Assembly: GCA_964016885.1 (NCBI GenBank)
Contig: OZ024741.1
Span: 75,330,001 to 75,394,000, forward strand
DNA from: Eledone cirrhosa
Lineage: Eukaryota
DNA: 64,000 nt
Reading direction: 5' to 3'
Numbering within the stretch: position 1 is the first letter of the stretch; each line of letters opens with the position of its first letter. Under the pieces are notes generated by a model, which was not told the origin of the DNA, did not search any database, and saw only the letters and a program-made list of their open reading frames with translations. The position numbers and the translations under genes are program-made. Below are positions 59,760 through 64,000 of this stretch, piece by piece.

Positions 59760-60090
59760 GGCCATCTTCATGGGGGATAACTGTGTAAAAAGTTTAATGT
59801 CTAAAGTAAAGATGATCAAGAAAGAAGCAGAGAGAAAGATTAGGGAAGGGTAGTGACTAAAGGTAGAAGGATCTTCTCAAGGCATTTGGAAATGAGTGAT
59901 GTAGTACAATTGCAGGTAGAGTTGAGAGGGCAGTCAGGGTTATTAAGTTTATGGATTTGGGGGGAGAGAATAGTTCATGGTGGGATGGGGGAGTTCACAG
60001 TAAGGTTGGTGATAGTGGAGGGGAGGAAGAGAGGGGTTATGAACTTGTGTATAGTAGCAGATACCTGATGAGGATATGGTCAGATGGGAA
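59760..60090 (-). pseudogene. PLE RT N-terminal fragment
   Basis: Minus-strand PQIHKLNNPDCPLNSTCNCTTSLISKCLEKILLPLVTTLP resembles the PLE LPKIHK...PGRPIVS motif. Confidence 0.7.
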
Positions 60091-60477
60091 AGGTAGGTAA
60101 AACAAAGCATTATTTAGTTGGCAAATGTATATGTGTAAGCGGCAGTGTCTTTGATAATACTGTAATTGAGCAGGTCAACAAAAAAAGATTGATAAAATAA
60201 TGCCAGTTACTTGATCTTGTGTCTGTTCAGTATGGATAGAAAAGAAAAGGGCAATTGTCCAGCAGTAGAGAGGGCAATAGATGATTTGATCGATTGATCA
60301 ATTGATTTATTGATTAAATGAAGATGATTAAATTAAATAATAAAATGAAAATATATTAAACAATAAAATAATTTGTTTTCTTCTTTAGCATGTAAGATTA
60401 ATTGAAAAGCTTTTATAAAATAAGATATTTTAATCTTTTAAATTATTTGGAAGGATGTGTGTTTGCATGTGTATGTG

Positions 60478-60910
60478 TGAAGGCATATAGCTTAGTAGTT
60501 AGAGTGTTTAGCTCATGATTGTAAGGTGATGGATATAATTCCCAGTGGTGGATTGTATCTGAGCAAGACATTATTACACTTTGTTCCATTCCACTCGTCT
60601 GGCAAAAATGAGTTGTACCTGTAATTCAATGGTCAGCTTTATCATATACTGTGTCATGCTGAATCTCTTTGAGAACTACCTTAATGGTACATGTGTCTAT
60701 GAAACGTTCAGCCACTTGCATCATAATTATTCAAATGGCTTTATTGCTCATTGCTCCAGTCCACTAAGCTGGCAAAAATAAGTTGTATCTGTAATTCATA
60801 AAGCCAGGCTTAGCACACATTGTGTCATGCTGAATCTCCCTGAGGAGTACATTAAGAGTACATGTGTATGGGAACTGCTCAGTCACTTGTACATTAATTT
60901 CTGTTCTGTT
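60478..60910 (+). mobile_element. Old CORE-SINE with alternative tail and internal ~165-bp duplication
   Basis: tRNA head, gagcaagaca CORE remnant, two copies of ctggcaaaaat.agttgta.ctgtaattca...tgtgtcatgctgaatctc. Confidence 0.65.
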
Positions 60911-61320
60911 GATAATACATTTGATAATACATATCAGAAACAGCAGAGGTCCAGTATATGCATGTGGTTCGGTTTGGGAGTGTTGGAGTTAGGTAATATA
61001 TAGAATATGTTAGATAGTGATAAGATCATTGCTTTATATATAAACATTATCACTTTCATCTCTGCTGGTGAGTACAATCATTACTAAAGTAATTAGAATG
61101 TAATATGTTTTGATGTTTTCTTTATGGAAGAATGTCTTTTGTCTAATTTAAGTTGGTACTCCATTACCTCAGTTAAGTATGATATTTAATTTAAAATAAA
61201 ATATAGTCATCAATTATTATTATTATTATTAATCCACTTTGTATCGTCCTGTACCGTTCTGTGCCGTCTGTAATGTTTTTCTTCATGTTAGCCTTTGTGA
61301 CCAATAAAGAAACCATTATT

Positions 61321-61489
61321 GTGGATTGGCAGTATCGGTAGAGAGTCAGCCACCATGCTTTGCAGCATAGAGTTACAGTCCTTTATGGTCTGAGTTCAAA
61401 TCCCGCCTTTCATCCTTACGGGGTCGATAAAATAAAGTACCAGTAATGCACTGGGTAATTGCTGGCCTTGTGCCAAAAAGTAGAAACAA
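61321..61489 (+). mobile_element. Meta-domain SINE
   Basis: Family match with a short internal deletion. Confidence 0.8.
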
Positions 61490-61510
61490 TTATTATTATT
61501 ATAATTATTA

Positions 61511-62072
61511 TTCTTTGAGTCTCAGTCATTGATGTTATTTAACTGGAAAGTTTGTTGAAATGAATACCAAGCCACTACCTGCAGCCTCAGACATTCAGGA
61601 CGTTCGGAGGGTTCTTGCTGTTCCCAGCAAGCATGCCTTTTGAAGTGTTCCAAAAAACGGGGCTGGACTTATGTTCTTTAACCATCCTTGAAAACTCTTC
61701 GAGATAGTACCTAATGGTCCTATAACAATCGAGACATCCTTGATCTCATGACAGTTCCAAATCCTTTTAAACTCCCACTTTAAATCCTGGTATCGCTTAA
61801 TTTTCTCCTCCTTTTCTTGCGCTCCTGTATTAGAGGGGCAGGCTACATCTACAATCAGGCACAATCTTTTTTCCTTGTCAAAAACCACCAGGTCAGGCCT
61901 ATTGTGTTCTAATTTCTTGTCTGTCTGTATCCTGAAATCCCATAGCGCTATCATTCAATTGTTCACCACCAACTCTGGCTTATGCTCATACCACTTCTCA
62001 GAATGTGGTAAATTAGTTAGTTTGCATAAATGCCAGTGAATCACCTTTCCTATTATATTGTGCCTCCAACCT
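61511..62072 (-). mobile_element. R4/Dong-clade non-LTR 3' fragment (restriction-like endonuclease)
   Basis: WRHNIIGKVIHWHLC, WYEHKPE, LWDFRIQTD...HNRPDLVV...IVDVACP...EKIKRYQDL...VIGPLG...LQKACLLGTAR; (TAA)n on both flanks. Confidence 0.88.
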
Positions 62073-63079
62073 TTATTATTATTATTATTGTTGGTGTTGT
62101 TGTTGTTGTTGTTGTTGCTGTTGATGTTGTTGTTGTTGTTGTTTTTATTGTTTTTCCTTTTCCTTCAGTATTGTTTCTGATATATGTTGAGTATCTTCCT
62201 GACACCTAAGGCAAATAAATACACTGTATACATTGGTAAGCCAGTTAACAGATCACATTGATTATAATTTACAGCTTAAAAAAAAAATATATATATATAT
62301 ACATACACATACATATATATATACACACACACACACATATACATATTTACATACACATATACACACACACACATATATATATATATACACACACACAAAC
62401 ACATATATATATACATACACATATATACATACATATACATAAACATATATATATATATACACATACACATGTACACATACATATATACTCACACAAACAT
62501 ATACATACATACACACATATACACATCCACACACATACACTCATATAGACACAAACATATACACATTTATATATATACATATATACACACACAAATACAA
62601 ATAGATAACCATACACATATATACACATCCATATGCATATATACACATACATATGCATAAAAGATATCCATGCATGCACACACACGCATACACTATTATT
62701 ATTGTTATTGTTCGTGTTATTATTATTATTGTTGTTGTTGTTGTTGTTATTATTATTATTATTCATAGCTTCAGTGCTCTTTTCATTCATTTATATGCAC
62801 ATGTGCATATATATATACATATGTGTGTGTACCTTGTATATGTATGTATATATATATATATATTCCAACCCTTGCAAGCAGGGAAAAGCGATATAAAATG
62901 ATGATGATGATGATGATGATATATAGTTACTAAACATTTATTTTACTTTTTATCTCTGATAAATTTTAATTATGTCTTTAGGCATCCATAAATTTTAACA
63001 TTTTCCCAACAATTTTTGAATGCTATTGTTTATATTTTTTGCTCTTCCTCTAAAATTCATGGGCATATAAGGTACATAT

Positions 63080-63212
63080 TGTTATGGCCCTTGTCATTCT
63101 GAGTTCAACTCCCACCGATGTTAACTTTGCCTTTCATCCTTATGGGGTCGATAAAATAAAGTACCAGTAATGCACTGGGTATTTGCTGGCCTTGTGACAA
63201 ATGTAAAAACAA
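63080..63212 (+). mobile_element. 5'-truncated Meta-domain SINE
   Basis: B box and Meta body match the family. Confidence 0.75.
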
Positions 63213-64000
63213 TTATTTGTATTTAATTGATTCTGATGAGATTATTCCAACAGGAAACGGTCATAAATCAATTAAACAATTTAATTATAAACCTTGTTCA
63301 TCTCTATTCTTTATATATATATATGCTCCGTGAGATTGTAACATTACTGTGATTGGAAATTTACCGATTGGATTAAGTTCTGAATTACTGTGGATATAAA
63401 ATCACTTTCAGCTTTAAAATGTTCTTTACTTTTATATGGCTGTATGATGAACTCATTTAAACTTGTTTATATATAACATTATCATCCTCATCATCATTAT
63501 TCCTGTTAATGTCCATTTTCCACACTAGCATGGGTTAGACTAGTTGTCCTGTTGCAAGACAAGCCAGATTAGATGACTGTATCTTGCTCATACAGAACTT
63601 ATTTTGGCTTGGTTTCTACAGATGGTTGCTCTTCCTAATGCCCACCACATTTACAGTGTGTAATGGGTGCTTTTTGTCATGACACCTACACAACCACTTT
63701 TCAATGTGAAATGGACACTTTTTGTCATGGCACCGAAAAGAACACTTTGCAGTGTGGACTGAAGCTGTGGTCGAGAATGTGTGTGGGGATTGAAGAGGTA
63801 GATCTAGGGAAGGACACTTATCCGGTGTGAGGAGGGGGTAGGGACTTGAGTGAAGGGTGGGGTATTAGGACATGGTTTATGGAAGGAGGAGGGGAAGGTA
63901 GGGAAAGTGGTGCATACTAGATGTATGCTTCAACTTGTGCACATGGGAAGGCAGGTCTTCTGTATTACTGCATAATGCCAGAGATATCAATCCTGTGTCA

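Noticed and set aside
60062-60100. CTGATGA...GAAA
   Set aside because: No stem II pairing; lies at the edge of an antisense RT remnant.

Overview
AT-rich, microsatellite-dense eukaryotic DNA made almost entirely of transposable elements; I found no host gene exon I can support. The mix of tRNA/CORE and Meta-domain SINEs and RTE LINEs with (TGA)n tails suggests a coleoid cephalopod such as Octopus, but this is inference. Main contents: four young, same-strand RTE LINE copies with a PHD finger inside the RT region, plus older RTE fragments; two 5'-truncated Penelope-like elements (PLEs; C-terminal GIY-YIG) with inverted pseudo-LTRs; a full-length decayed Tigger/pogo transposon; a mariner relic and a mariner MITE; an internally deleted Helitron; an R4/Dong 3' fragment; and many SINEs. 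The most notable signal is about ten loci with type I hammerhead-ribozyme motifs (CUGANGA...GAAA...UH), from intact to fragmentary. Several sit in short non-coding fold-back elements beside (TA)n tracts, which suggests a population of ribozyme-bearing PLE-derived mini-elements. Most short ORFs in the track are microsatellite or antisense artefacts. All coordinates and alignments were read by eye.
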